A stretch of DNA of 64,000 bases from an uncultured Alphaproteobacteria bacterium (GTDB lineage: Bacteria > Pseudomonadota > Alphaproteobacteria > Rhizobiales > Hyphomicrobiaceae): NCBI GenBank assembly GCA_963847145.1, contig CAWJYN010000002.1, positions 17,810-81,809 on the forward strand, in the 5' to 3' direction. Positions 17,239 through 26,258 of this stretch are shown here, one piece after another; the first letter of the stretch is position 1, and each line of letters begins with the position of its first letter. Both the position numbers and the translations under genes were made by a program. The notes below the pieces were generated by a model, which did no database searches, was not told where the DNA came from, and saw only the letters and a list, made by a program, of their open reading frames with translations.

Positions 17239-20154
17239 ATGCTCGAGAAGACCTACCAGCCCGCCGACATCGAAGCCCGCATTCACAAGGACTGGGAGGC
17301 AGCGCAAGCCTTCAAAGCCGGCCGCCCCGAGCGCGCTAAGGCTGAGCCTTACACCATCGTCATCCCGCCGCCGAACGTCACCGGTTCGCTGCACATGGGG
17401 CATGCGCTCAACAACACCTTGCAGGATATTCTCTGCCGCCATCAGCGCATGAAGGGCAAAGACGTGTTGTGGCAACCCGGCACCGACCATGCCGGCATCG
17501 CCACCCAGCTTGTTGTGTCGCGGCAACTCGCCGAAAAGCAGAACCACGAGGCCTTGCGGTCCCGCGAGAAATTCATCGAAGAAGTCTGGAAGTGGAAGGC
17601 CGAAAGCGGCGGCACGATCACCGGCCAGCTGAAACGGCTCGGCGCCTCGTGCGACTGGTCGCGTGATACCTTCACTATGGGCAAATCCGGCGCGCCGGAC
17701 GAGCAGATGGTGCGCGCGGTGATGAAGGTGTTCGTCGAGCTGGCGAACACGCCCGGCCCCAATGGGCGCAACCTGATCTATCGCGACAAGCGGCTGGTCA
17801 ACTGGGACCCCGAGTTCAAGTCCGCCGTCTCCGATCTCGAAGTCGAGATGGTCGAACATCGCGGCACGTTCAAATGGGCCGATGGCGACGTCGACAAAGA
17901 GGGCAACATTGTCGCGTTCTCGGCTGCTGCACTCGACAAGGCGCTGTCGAAAGATCCGGGTGGGCATATGTACCACCTGCGCTATCCGATCACCGGCAAG
18001 ACTTTCGACCCGAAAGATGCGACGACCTTCATCGTCGTCGCCACCACACGGCCGGAGACGATGCTGGGCGATACCGGCGTCGCCGTGCATCCAGATGACG
18101 AGCGTTACAAGGCATTGGTTGGCACAACGGTCGACCTGCCGCTGGTCGGCCGCAAGATCAAGATCGTTGCTGATTTCTACTCCGATCCCGAGAAGGGCAC
18201 CGGCGCCGTCAAGATCACACCCGCACACGACTTCAACGACTACGAAGTCGGCAAGCGTGCCGGGCTCGAGATCATCAACATCCTGACCGAGAGTGCACAG
18301 CTCAACGAGAACGTGCCGGCGGCCTACCGCGGCCTCGACCGTTTTGCAGCCCGTCGCAAAGTCACCGCTGATCTCGTCGCCGGTGGCTTCATCGTCAAGA
18401 TCGAGCCGCACACGCAAGCCGTGCCGCGCGCGCAGCGTGGCAACGCCGTCATCGAGCCGTGGCTGACAGACCAGTGGTATGTGGACGCCGCCGTGCTCGC
18501 CAAGCCAGCCATGGAAGCGGTGCGCTCTGGCAAAACAAAGTTCGTGCCGGAAAAGTATGCCGACGACTACTTCCGCTGGCTCGAAAACATCCAGCCCTGG
18601 TGCATCTCGCGCCAGATCTGGTGGGGGCATCGTATCCCCGCTTGGTATGTCGCCTTTGCAAAAGGTAAGTTCCTGAAGAACGACGAGACCAAATACTTTG
18701 TTGCTGGCACTACAGGCGAAGCAGTTGACAAGGCAAGGAAGGAACTCGGTTCACAGATTTTTGCTTTCGACGATGCCGGCGAGGCCAGTCGTTTCATCGA
18801 ACCCGGTTGGTTGAACAACGCAGAAGCGCCAGTTGTGTTGATCCGCGACCCCGACGTGCTCGACACCTGGTTCTCCTCTGCCCTCTGGCCATTCTCCACG
18901 CTCGGCTGGCCCGAGAACACGCCTGAACTGAAGCGCTACTACCCAACCGCGACGCTGGTCACCGGCTTCGACATCATCTTCTTCTGGGTTGCGCGCATGA
19001 TGATGAGCGGCATCCACTTCATGGGTGATGTGCCGTTCTCAGACGTCTACATCCACGGCCTCGTCCGCGACGAGAAGGGCCGCAAGATGTCGAAGTCCAT
19101 CGGCAACGTCATCGATCCACTCACGCTCATCGACCAGTACGGCGCCGACGCGCTGCGCTTCACGCTGGCGGCACTCACCACACAAGGCCGCGACGTCAAA
19201 CTGACCACCGCCATCGTCGAGGGCAATCGCAACTTCGCAACCAAACTCTGGAACGCGGCGCGCTTCGCTGAAATGAACGAGTGCGTCCGCCAGAAGAATT
19301 TCGATCCCAAGTCCGTCAAGGAAACCGTCAACCGCTGGATCGCCGGCGAAACCGAACGCGCGGTGAAGTCCGTCACCGCCGCCATTGATGCCTATAAATT
19401 CAACGAAGCCGCGAAAGCTGCCTACGAGTTCACCTGGGGCACCTTCTGCGACTGGTATCTGGAACTCACCAAGCCGATCCTCTCCGGCGATAACGACGCC
19501 GCCACCGCCGAGACGCGCGCAACGACGGCGTGGGTGCTCGATCAGATCTTGAAAATGCTGCACCCGTTCATGCCCTTCATCACCGAAGAGCTGTGGGGCC
19601 GCATGGTCGAAGTCGGCGTCAAGCGCGAGACCTTGCTGTGTCTCTCCACTTGGCCGGAACTTTCAAAGCTCCAGAACCCGGCGGCCGACGAAGAGATCGG
19701 CTGGCTGATCACGCTCATCTCGGAAGTCCGCTCCGTCCGCTCCGAAATGAATGTGCCCGGCGGCGCGAAGATCCCGCTCGTCATGATCGGCGCCAGCGCC
19801 GAGACGCGCACGCGCACCGACCGCCACGCCGACACCATCAAGCGCATGGCGCGCCTCGATGACATCACGTTTGCCACCGCCGCCCCCAAAGGCTCAGCAC
19901 AGCTCGTGGTCGCTGAAGCCACCGTCTGTCTGCCGCTCGACGGCGTCATCGATATGAGTGCGGAAAAGGCGCGTCTCGACAAGGAAATCGCCGCCGTCCA
20001 AGTCGACCTCGGAAAAATGAACGCCAAGCTCGACAACCCGAGTTTCATGAGCCGCGCCAAGCCCGACGCCATCGAAGAAACGCTGGAACGCAAAGCCGAA
20101 CTTGAGCAGGCGTTGGCCAAGCTCCAAGCGGCCGTCAAGCGGATCGCGGCGTAG
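17239..20154 (+). CDS. valS: valine--tRNA ligase
   Basis: 971 aa from ATG 17239. HIGH motif (PNVTGSLHMGH), KMSKS motif (GRKMSKSIGN) and a C-terminal coiled coil. Confidence 0.95.
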   Translation: MLEKTYQPADIEARIHKDWEAAQAFKAGRPERAKAEPYTIVIPPPNVTGSLHMGHALNNTLQDILCRHQRMKGKDVLWQPGTDHAGIATQLVVSRQLAEKQNHEALRSREKFIEEVWKWKAESGGTITGQLKRLGASCDWSRDTFTMGKSGAPDEQMVRAVMKVFVELANTPGPNGRNLIYRDKRLVNWDPEFKSAVSDLEVEMVEHRGTFKWADGDVDKEGNIVAFSAAALDKALSKDPGGHMYHLRYPITGKTFDPKDATTFIVVATTRPETMLGDTGVAVHPDDERYKALVGTTVDLPLVGRKIKIVADFYSDPEKGTGAVKITPAHDFNDYEVGKRAGLEIINILTESAQLNENVPAAYRGLDRFAARRKVTADLVAGGFIVKIEPHTQAVPRAQRGNAVIEPWLTDQWYVDAAVLAKPAMEAVRSGKTKFVPEKYADDYFRWLENIQPWCISRQIWWGHRIPAWYVAFAKGKFLKNDETKYFVAGTTGEAVDKARKELGSQIFAFDDAGEASRFIEPGWLNNAEAPVVLIRDPDVLDTWFSSALWPFSTLGWPENTPELKRYYPTATLVTGFDIIFFWVARMMMSGIHFMGDVPFSDVYIHGLVRDEKGRKMSKSIGNVIDPLTLIDQYGADALRFTLAALTTQGRDVKLTTAIVEGNRNFATKLWNAARFAEMNECVRQKNFDPKSVKETVNRWIAGETERAVKSVTAAIDAYKFNEAAKAAYEFTWGTFCDWYLELTKPILSGDNDAATAETRATTAWVLDQILKMLHPFMPFITEELWGRMVEVGVKRETLLCLSTWPELSKLQNPAADEEIGWLITLISEVRSVRSEMNVPGGAKIPLVMIGASAETRTRTDRHADTIKRMARLDDITFATAAPKGSAQLVVAEATVCLPLDGVIDMSAEKARLDKEIAAVQVDLGKMNAKLDNPSFMSRAKPDAIEETLERKAELEQALAKLQAAVKRIAA

Positions 20155-20182
20155 GCCGGGCGGAAGCGGCCGCACATAAGTT

Positions 20183-20318
20183 GTCATCCTCGGGCTTGTC
20201 CCGAGGACCCAGGGTGCAACAAGAGCTGACCCCGCAGAATTCGATATGATGTCGGAATACAATGTCTCACCGTACGCCCGGCTTAGAAATGGGTCCTCGG
20301 GACAAGCCCGAGGATGAC
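20183..20318. repeat. REP/BIME-like element: two perfect 28-bp copies in inverted orientation around an 80-bp spacer
   Basis: GTCATCCTCGGGCTTGTCCCGAGGACCC at 20183-20210 and its exact reverse complement at 20291-20318. Each copy contains its own hairpin (CCTCGGG...CCCGAGG). Intergenic, after valS. Confidence 0.85.
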
Positions 20319-20450
20319 ATTGGAGATGAAGGCCACCGGTGCAGTCGAATACACGATGGTTAGTCACCGGGCCGCCCATCCACCGCTTGCCCAATGCCCC
20401 CAATCAGGCCGAAACTCTCCCCTTACCGCTCGTGCCGAAAGTCATCCCCC

Positions 20451-21281
20451 ATGCCGACGCAAGCCGAAAAAGCCGCCACCTTCCGCAAGCTCCACCAGGG
20501 CCCTGGGCCGTTCGTGATCCCCAATCCGTGGGATGCGGGGTCCGCCAAGATCCTCGCCAGCCTCGGCTTCCAAGCGCTGGCCACCACCAGTGCGGGTTTG
20601 GCCTTCGCCCTCGGCCGCGTCGATGGCCAAGCGACGCGTGACGAGGCGCTCGCCAATGCCACGTCGATTTGCGCTGCCACATCGCTGCCGGTCTCCGCCG
20701 ATTTCGAAAATCTCTACGCCCATGCCCCCGATATCGCTGCCGCCATGATCCCGGCCGCCGCCGCAACCGGCCTCGTTGGCTGCTCCATTGAAGACGCAAC
20801 CGGCGATCCAGCCAATCCAATCTATCCGATGAACGTGGCCATCGCGCGCGTGGCAGCAGCAGTCGCTGCCGCCCGTGCTTTGCCGTTTCCATTCACTCTC
20901 ACCGCCCGCGCCGAGAATTTTCTGCACGGCCGCCGCGATCTCGCCGACACACTCGCCCGGCTCCAAGCCTTCGACGCGGCCGGCGCCGACGTCATCTACG
21001 CGCCCGGCCTGCCCGACATCGCGAGCATCGAGGCGGTCGTCAAATCAACCGCCAAGCCCGTCAACGTCCTCGTTTCCTCAGGCAACGCCCAGCTGACGGT
21101 TGCCGAACTCGGCCGCCTCGGTGTGCGTCGCATCAGCGTTGGCGGGGCCATGGCCCGCGCCGCGCTTGGCGGATTGTTAGCCGCCGCCGAAGAAATCCAG
21201 AAGCATGGTACATTCACCTACGGACGCACCGCCATGCCGCACGCCGGCATTGAAGCCATTCTCAGGAAGGACATCGTATGA
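20451..21281 (+). CDS. isocitrate lyase / PEP mutase superfamily protein
   Basis: FVIPNPWDAGSAKILASLGFQALATTSAG and CSIEDATGD segments are typical of the PEP-mutase/2-methylisocitrate-lyase fold. ATG 20451. Confidence 0.75.
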   Translation: MPTQAEKAATFRKLHQGPGPFVIPNPWDAGSAKILASLGFQALATTSAGLAFALGRVDGQATRDEALANATSICAATSLPVSADFENLYAHAPDIAAAMIPAAAATGLVGCSIEDATGDPANPIYPMNVAIARVAAAVAAARALPFPFTLTARAENFLHGRRDLADTLARLQAFDAAGADVIYAPGLPDIASIEAVVKSTAKPVNVLVSSGNAQLTVAELGRLGVRRISVGGAMARAALGGLLAAAEEIQKHGTFTYGRTAMPHAGIEAILRKDIV

Positions 21282-22060
21282 CGGCCCAAGCTTCCGGTCG
21301 CCTCGCTGGTAAGATCGCGTTCTGCACGGCGTCCGGTGCCGGCATCGGCCGCGCCACCGCACTCGCGTTCGCGCGCGAAGGCGCCAAGGTCATCGCCTCC
21401 GACATCGACCTCAACGCCCTCAAAGGCCTGCGCGACGAAGGCATTGCCGAAACCCACATCATCGATGTGCGCAACACCAAGTCCGTCGAAGACGCCGCCA
21501 AGCGCATCGGCCCCATCGATATCCTCTTCAATGCCGCTGGCTTCGTGCACGCGGGCACCGTGCTTGAATGTTCGGAAGCCGATTGGGACTTCTCCTTCGA
21601 CATCAACGTCAAGTCGATGCACCGCACCATTCGCGCCTTCGCCCCCGGCATGCTCGCGCGCGCCGCTGAAAAGAAGGCCAGCGCGTCGATCATCAACATC
21701 GCCTCCGGCGCGGGCTCGGTTCGGGGTATCCCCAACCGGTATGTCTATGGCGCGACCAAAGCCGCCGTCATCGGCTTGTCCAAGGCTGTCGCCGCCGATT
21801 TCATGCGCAAGGGCGTGCGCTGCAACGCCATCTGCCCCGGCACCGTGCAATCGCCGTCGCTCGATGCGCGCATCGCCGCTCAAGCCAAGACCCTCAACAA
21901 AACCGACAACGAAGTCCGCCAGATGTTCGTCGACCGTCAGCCCATGGGCCGCCTCGGCACCGCCGAGGAAATAGCCGCCATGGCGGTCTATCTGGCCGCC
22001 GATGAAAGCGCCTTTACAACGGGCCAGATCTTCCTTGTCGACGGTGGCTTCGCGCTGTGA
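21278..22060 (+). CDS. SDR-family oxidoreductase
   Basis: Rossmann motif TASGAGIGRA, NAAG, and catalytic YGATKAAV (YxxxK). The 4-nt overlap with the upstream stop suggests an operon. Confidence 0.85.
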   Translation: MTAQASGRLAGKIAFCTASGAGIGRATALAFAREGAKVIASDIDLNALKGLRDEGIAETHIIDVRNTKSVEDAAKRIGPIDILFNAAGFVHAGTVLECSEADWDFSFDINVKSMHRTIRAFAPGMLARAAEKKASASIINIASGAGSVRGIPNRYVYGATKAAVIGLSKAVAADFMRKGVRCNAICPGTVQSPSLDARIAAQAKTLNKTDNEVRQMFVDRQPMGRLGTAEEIAAMAVYLAADESAFTTGQIFLVDGGFAL

Positions 22061-22587
22061 CAGCCGATACGACCAGCCCTGAGACCATTCAGCCGCAGGC
22101 AAACCGCCCGCCGCCGGCACCCATTCGTTTTCGCCGTGCCACTGAGGCTGATCGCACAACCGTTGAAGCGCTCCAACAAGCCGCCTACGACCGCGAGCGC
22201 TTGCTCGGCCTGGAGCCACCGCCGCTGAAAGCGGACTATGCAAAGATTGTCGCCACCATGGAAGTCTGGCTCGCTGAAGAGCGCGCCGTCGTCCGCGGCG
22301 TACTGATCCTCGACGTGCGGCCGGATGATCTCGTCATCTGGTCGGTCGCTGCAGCCCCCGAAGCACGCGGCCAGGGCCTCGGCCAGATCATGCTGGATGC
22401 CGCCGAAGTGCGCGCCGAGCAATTGGGCCGCCGCATCATCCGCCTCGATACCGGTGCCGTCCAACAAGCATTGATCGGCTGGTATGGCCGCCATGGCTAC
22501 GCTATCGAAGGCCGCGCCACCGTCGCCGATCACCCCGTCATTCACATGATCAAGCGCCTCGCATCGCCAAAACCCAAAGGCACGTAA
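22057..22587 (+). CDS. GNAT-family N-acetyltransferase
   Basis: Acetyl-CoA binding segment EARGQGLGQIML (Q/RxxGxG/A) and the GYAIEG tail. The GTGA overlap with the SDR stop suggests coupling. Confidence 0.75.
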   Translation: MTADTTSPETIQPQANRPPPAPIRFRRATEADRTTVEALQQAAYDRERLLGLEPPPLKADYAKIVATMEVWLAEERAVVRGVLILDVRPDDLVIWSVAAAPEARGQGLGQIMLDAAEVRAEQLGRRIIRLDTGAVQQALIGWYGRHGYAIEGRATVADHPVIHMIKRLASPKPKGT

Positions 22588-22604
22588 GCGAAGCCTCAGT
22601 GCCC

Positions 22605-23348
22605 TCAGTAAAACAGCTTGCCACCCAGCCCCATGATCCCGCCAGCGACGATGCCGATGGCCAGCACCAGCGTGCCCAGCGCCCGCAACGTCACATCGCG
22701 CGCAATCACCGCTTCGCGCTGATCCTCGTAGTCCTCCGCCGGTTTCCGCCCCGTCACCATGGCGCGGATCAGCGGATCGCGTTTGAGGAGGCCATACAGC
22801 GTATTGGCGATGATGTGCGCCGCCACCAGCGGCAGGATCGCCCAATAGAGCAGCAGTCCGTGCCAGCGCAGCACATCTTTCTGCTTGGCCTCACCGACGA
22901 GCTTGTAGAGCGGCCCCCATGTCGTGTCGTTGTGCTCCACAACCATCAATCCGAGTGCCGCCTGGACGCTGACCGCCGCCAGCAGTCCAAGGATCATGTA
23001 GGTGCCCAACGGATTGTGCCCGAGGAATTTGCGGTCGCGCCCACGCAGCAAATCCAGCGCATATCCCGCCGCCGTCCACGGCCATCGCACGAAAGCCACC
23101 CAGCGCGCTGTCGATGAGCCGAGAAAGCCCCACAGGACGCGGAACACCACCAGCACCAGCACCGCGTAGCCGTTGTAGCGGTGCCACTTCATCGTCGGAT
23201 CGCCGAACGTCTCGGCATACTGATAGCTCGGCCACGCCGAGATCAGGCACACCACCAGCAGCCAATGAAACGCCCGCGTCGGCCAATCCCAGACAGCGAC
23301 CGTTGCGCCGCTCGTCCCAGGCTTCTGGGAAGCTGATCTTGCTGGCAT
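22605..23348 (-). CDS. cytochrome b561 / Ni-Fe-hydrogenase b-type cytochrome family membrane protein
   Basis: VWDWPTRAFHWLLV start and four hydrophobic helices with conserved His (HWL..., RWHGLLLYW, AHIIAN). Confidence 0.7.
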   Translation of the reverse strand: MPARSASQKPGTSGATVAVWDWPTRAFHWLLVVCLISAWPSYQYAETFGDPTMKWHRYNGYAVLVLVVFRVLWGFLGSSTARWVAFVRWPWTAAGYALDLLRGRDRKFLGHNPLGTYMILGLLAAVSVQAALGLMVVEHNDTTWGPLYKLVGEAKQKDVLRWHGLLLYWAILPLVAAHIIANTLYGLLKRDPLIRAMVTGRKPAEDYEDQREAVIARDVTLRALGTLVLAIGIVAGGIMGLGGKLFY

Positions 23349-23353
23349 CGTCG

Positions 23354-23611
23354 TCAGCTCTTTTCTGGCTTGGCGGCTGGGTCCAGTAGCCGGTGCATAT
23401 GAACAATGAAATAACGCATGTGCGCATTGTCGACAGTCTTCTGCGCGGCACCCTTCCAGGCTTTATGCGCTTCCGCGTAGTCGGGATAAATGCCGACAAC
23501 ATCAAGCTTGGTCACGTCGGCGAATGTGATCCCATCCAGTTGCGTAAGCTCGCCGCCAAACACCAGATGTAACAATTGCTGTGACGTGCGCTCGGCTGTC
23601 GGTGTGCTCAT
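23354..23611 (-). CDS. DUF4170-like small protein
   Basis: 85 aa with QLLHLVFGGELTQLDG...FIVHMHRLLDP. Sits 5 nt upstream of the cytochrome b gene on the same strand. Family call is from memory. Confidence 0.5.
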   Translation of the reverse strand: MSTPTAERTSQQLLHLVFGGELTQLDGITFADVTKLDVVGIYPDYAEAHKAWKGAAQKTVDNAHMRYFIVHMHRLLDPAAKPEKS

Positions 23612-23885
23612 GACTTTTCATCTCTCACGTAAGAAACGGCGATGCTCAGCACACACCTGATGCAAATCGGGACGGTGCCGGACGGTTGTTCACGCGACTT
23701 TTACGGTTCCATTAAGCGGGCGGGAAGCCCTTTGTGCGACTATCATGGAGAAGAGGCCACATAGATGGCTCGAGAGTTGACAGGCGTTGAAAGAAGTTTG
23801 GCCAGGGAAGCCCGGCAGAGGTTGTTTGGCGTGATCGCAATGGGACGCGGTCGCGCCAAAACCCATTGCGGGACAGCTCTCCGCC

Positions 23886-24896
23886 TCAAAGCCGACCAGC
23901 GGCTTGCACCAAGACCAGATCGGTGACCAACCCGATCGCAAAGATCCACCCCACCAGCCGGTTAGACTTGAAGCGCTCCAGGCAGTTGGCCGGGCTTTTG
24001 GTATCCAGTGTCGCGACCTGCCAGACCATCTGCAACCCAACCGCGGCCAGCGCCACCAGCACCGGCCAACCCGCGCCAGCGGCGATAGTGGCAACCAGCC
24101 ACAGCGAAACCGCAGCACTATACAACCCGGCCAGCCACACTCCGGTGTTTTCGCCAAACCGCAACGCGGTTGAGCGCAAGCCGATCACCGCATCGTCGCG
24201 GCTGTCTTGGTGGGCATAGATTGTGTCGTAGCCAATGGTCCATGCGATACAACCCGCATAAAGCAACAGCGCCGGCCAGCCCAACCCACCGGTCACGGCG
24301 GCATAGCCGACGAGTGCACCCCACTTAAATGTCAACCCAAGCACCAGTTGCGCCCAATTGGTCGCGCGCTTGGCGAACGGATAGACGGCGACGAGCGCCA
24401 GTGACGCGATCCCGAGCGCAATCGTGAACCCGTTGAACTGAATCAATACCAGCAATCCGATGAGCGACAGAATGCAAGCAAACAGCAGCGCTTGCAGGGG
24501 AGTTACCTGCCCCGACGGGATAGGCCGCGAGCGTGTCCGCTCGACCTGCGCGTCGAAATCGCGGTCGACATAATCGTTGTAAGCGCAGCCAGCGCCACGC
24601 ATGACGAAGGCACCCAGCAAAAACAGCAGAAGATACCAGAGGTTCGGATACGCGCGCCCCTGCTGTACCTCCCCAAGCATCTGCCCCCACCAGCAGGGGA
24701 ACAGCAGCAGCCACGCCCCGGTCGGCCGGTCGAAGCGCGCCAGGCGGCCAAACGGCCGCAACAGCTCCGGCGCTAGCCGGTCGAACAGGTTGTCGGACGC
24801 GGCATCCGCAACGCGCACAGGCGTGGGGCGCCCGGCAGGGGCCGTTGGTGGCTGCGTGTCGGGGTCAGCCTTGTCAGATGTCGTCGGTTCGTACAT
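23886..24896 (-). CDS. ubiA: 4-hydroxybenzoate polyprenyltransferase
   Basis: 336 aa from ATG 24896. UbiA prenyltransferase motifs (GAGCAYNDYVDRDFD; YDTIYAHQDSRDD) and multiple TM helices. The 139-codon 5' extension of the ORF is not protein-like. Confidence 0.85.
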   Translation of the reverse strand: MYEPTTSDKADPDTQPPTAPAGRPTPVRVADAASDNLFDRLAPELLRPFGRLARFDRPTGAWLLLFPCWWGQMLGEVQQGRAYPNLWYLLLFLLGAFVMRGAGCAYNDYVDRDFDAQVERTRSRPIPSGQVTPLQALLFACILSLIGLLVLIQFNGFTIALGIASLALVAVYPFAKRATNWAQLVLGLTFKWGALVGYAAVTGGLGWPALLLYAGCIAWTIGYDTIYAHQDSRDDAVIGLRSTALRFGENTGVWLAGLYSAAVSLWLVATIAAGAGWPVLVALAAVGLQMVWQVATLDTKSPANCLERFKSNRLVGWIFAIGLVTDLVLVQAAGRL

Positions 24897-25178
24897 CGGT
24901 TCGTATGCAGCTTTGCTGGTAACGTCGCGTGGCAGGTGTTTTACGCGACAATAGAGTGCGCGCTGCAACTGTCCATGACATGCGGGCCACATGCGACACC
25001 GCATGCCACAGCCGGTTGACGAACCCGGCGCACGGGCTGGGACGCCAGCATGAACAGCCTTTGCCGCACGGCCGACAGCCTTGCTCCGAACCCTTGTTCC
25101 GGGCGCGCCGCTCGGCCATAGTGCTGTCAAGCTGCGGTGCTTCGGATCTGGCGGCAGAACAATCTTCGGGAGGACACC

Positions 25179-26195
25179 ATGGCCATCGACCGCCGTTCGG
25201 CGCTGAAAACAACCCTGGCGGGCGCGGTGTTCGCTCCTGCCGTATTGCGCGTCACCAAAGTGTACGGCGCGGAATTCACTCTGAAATATGCCAATAACTC
25301 GCCCGTCACGCATCCGCTGGTGATCTGGACCAAGCAGGCCATCGAGTGGATCGCCAAAGAGAGCGGCGGCAAAGTCGAGATCCAGATGTTCCCCAACAAC
25401 CAGTTGGGTTCTGACACCGATATGCTCAGCCAGTTGCGCTCGGGTGCCATCGAGTTCTTTACATTATCGCCGCTGATCCTGCAGACGCTGGTTCCCAAAG
25501 CCGCCATCAGCGGCATTGGTTTTGCGTGGCCTGGCTACGATAAAGTCTGGCCCGCCATGGACGGCGAATTCGGTGCCTACGTCCGTGCCGAGATCGCCAA
25601 GTCCGGGCTGCATACGTTTGAAAAAATGTACGACAACGGCTTCCGGCAGATCACCTCGTCGACCAAGCCGATCAACACGCCGGCCGATCTCGAAGGGTTC
25701 AAGATCCGTGTCCCACCAAGCCCACTGTGGACCTCCATGTTCAAGGCCTTTGGCGCCGCGCCCGCACCGTTAAACTTCTCGGAAGTTTATTCGGCCCTGC
25801 AGACAAAGGTGTTTGAGGGCCAGGAAAATCCACTCGCTATTATCGCGGCGGCCAAACTGTTTGAAGTGCAGAAGTACCTCGCGAAGACCAACCATATGTG
25901 GGACGGCTTCTGGTTCCTTGCTAACGGCAAGATGTGGGCTGGCCTGCCCAAGGACGTGCAGACCATCATCGCCAAAGGCTTCAATGATCATGCCATCAAG
26001 CAGCGCGAAGAGATTGCCAAGTTGAACGCGTCGCTGGAAAAAGAGCTGTCAGAGAAGGGCATGGCCTTTAACTCGGTCGACAATGCCAAGTTCCGCGAGA
26101 AGCTGGCAGCAGGCGGCTTCTATAAGGAATGGCAGGACAAGTTCGGCCCGGAAGCGTGGGGTCTGCTAGAAAAATATGCCGGCAAAGTCTCCTGA
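25179..26195 (+). CDS. TRAP transporter substrate-binding protein (DctP family), Tat/Sec-exported
   Basis: MAIDRRSALKTTLAGAVFAPA signal. DctP-type body (KYANNSPVTHP..., MFPNNQLGSDTDMLSQLRSGAIEF). No dctQ or dctM gene adjacent. Confidence 0.8.
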   Translation: MAIDRRSALKTTLAGAVFAPAVLRVTKVYGAEFTLKYANNSPVTHPLVIWTKQAIEWIAKESGGKVEIQMFPNNQLGSDTDMLSQLRSGAIEFFTLSPLILQTLVPKAAISGIGFAWPGYDKVWPAMDGEFGAYVRAEIAKSGLHTFEKMYDNGFRQITSSTKPINTPADLEGFKIRVPPSPLWTSMFKAFGAAPAPLNFSEVYSALQTKVFEGQENPLAIIAAAKLFEVQKYLAKTNHMWDGFWFLANGKMWAGLPKDVQTIIAKGFNDHAIKQREEIAKLNASLEKELSEKGMAFNSVDNAKFREKLAAGGFYKEWQDKFGPEAWGLLEKYAGKVS

Positions 26196-26221
26196 TCGCA
26201 CACCAGTGCATGTTGTCTTTC

Positions 26222-26248
26222 GTGCGGCCGGGACCATCCCGGCCGCAC
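26222..26248 (+). terminator. strong GC hairpin downstream of the DctP gene (terminator-like, weak U-tract)
   Basis: GTGCGGCCGGGA (26222-26233) pairs perfectly with TCCCGGCCGCAC (26237-26248). Lies 27 nt after the stop codon, followed by CTGCAATTGTAT. Confidence 0.5.
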
Positions 26249-26258
26249 CTGCAATTGT

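Noticed and set aside
17215-18630. 471-aa minus-strand ORF opposite valS
   Set aside because: Shadow ORF. valS on the plus strand has HIGH and KMSKS motifs.
23836-23870. 9-bp stem hairpin (CGCAATGGG/CCCATTGCG) just after the ubiA stop
   Set aside because: It lacks a trailing U-tract on the minus strand. It cannot be distinguished from a chance palindrome in G+C-rich DNA.
24897-25313. 139-codon 5' extension of the ubiA ORF
   Set aside because: The extension is Arg/Gly/Cys-rich and not UbiA-like. ATG 24896 gives a normal-length enzyme.
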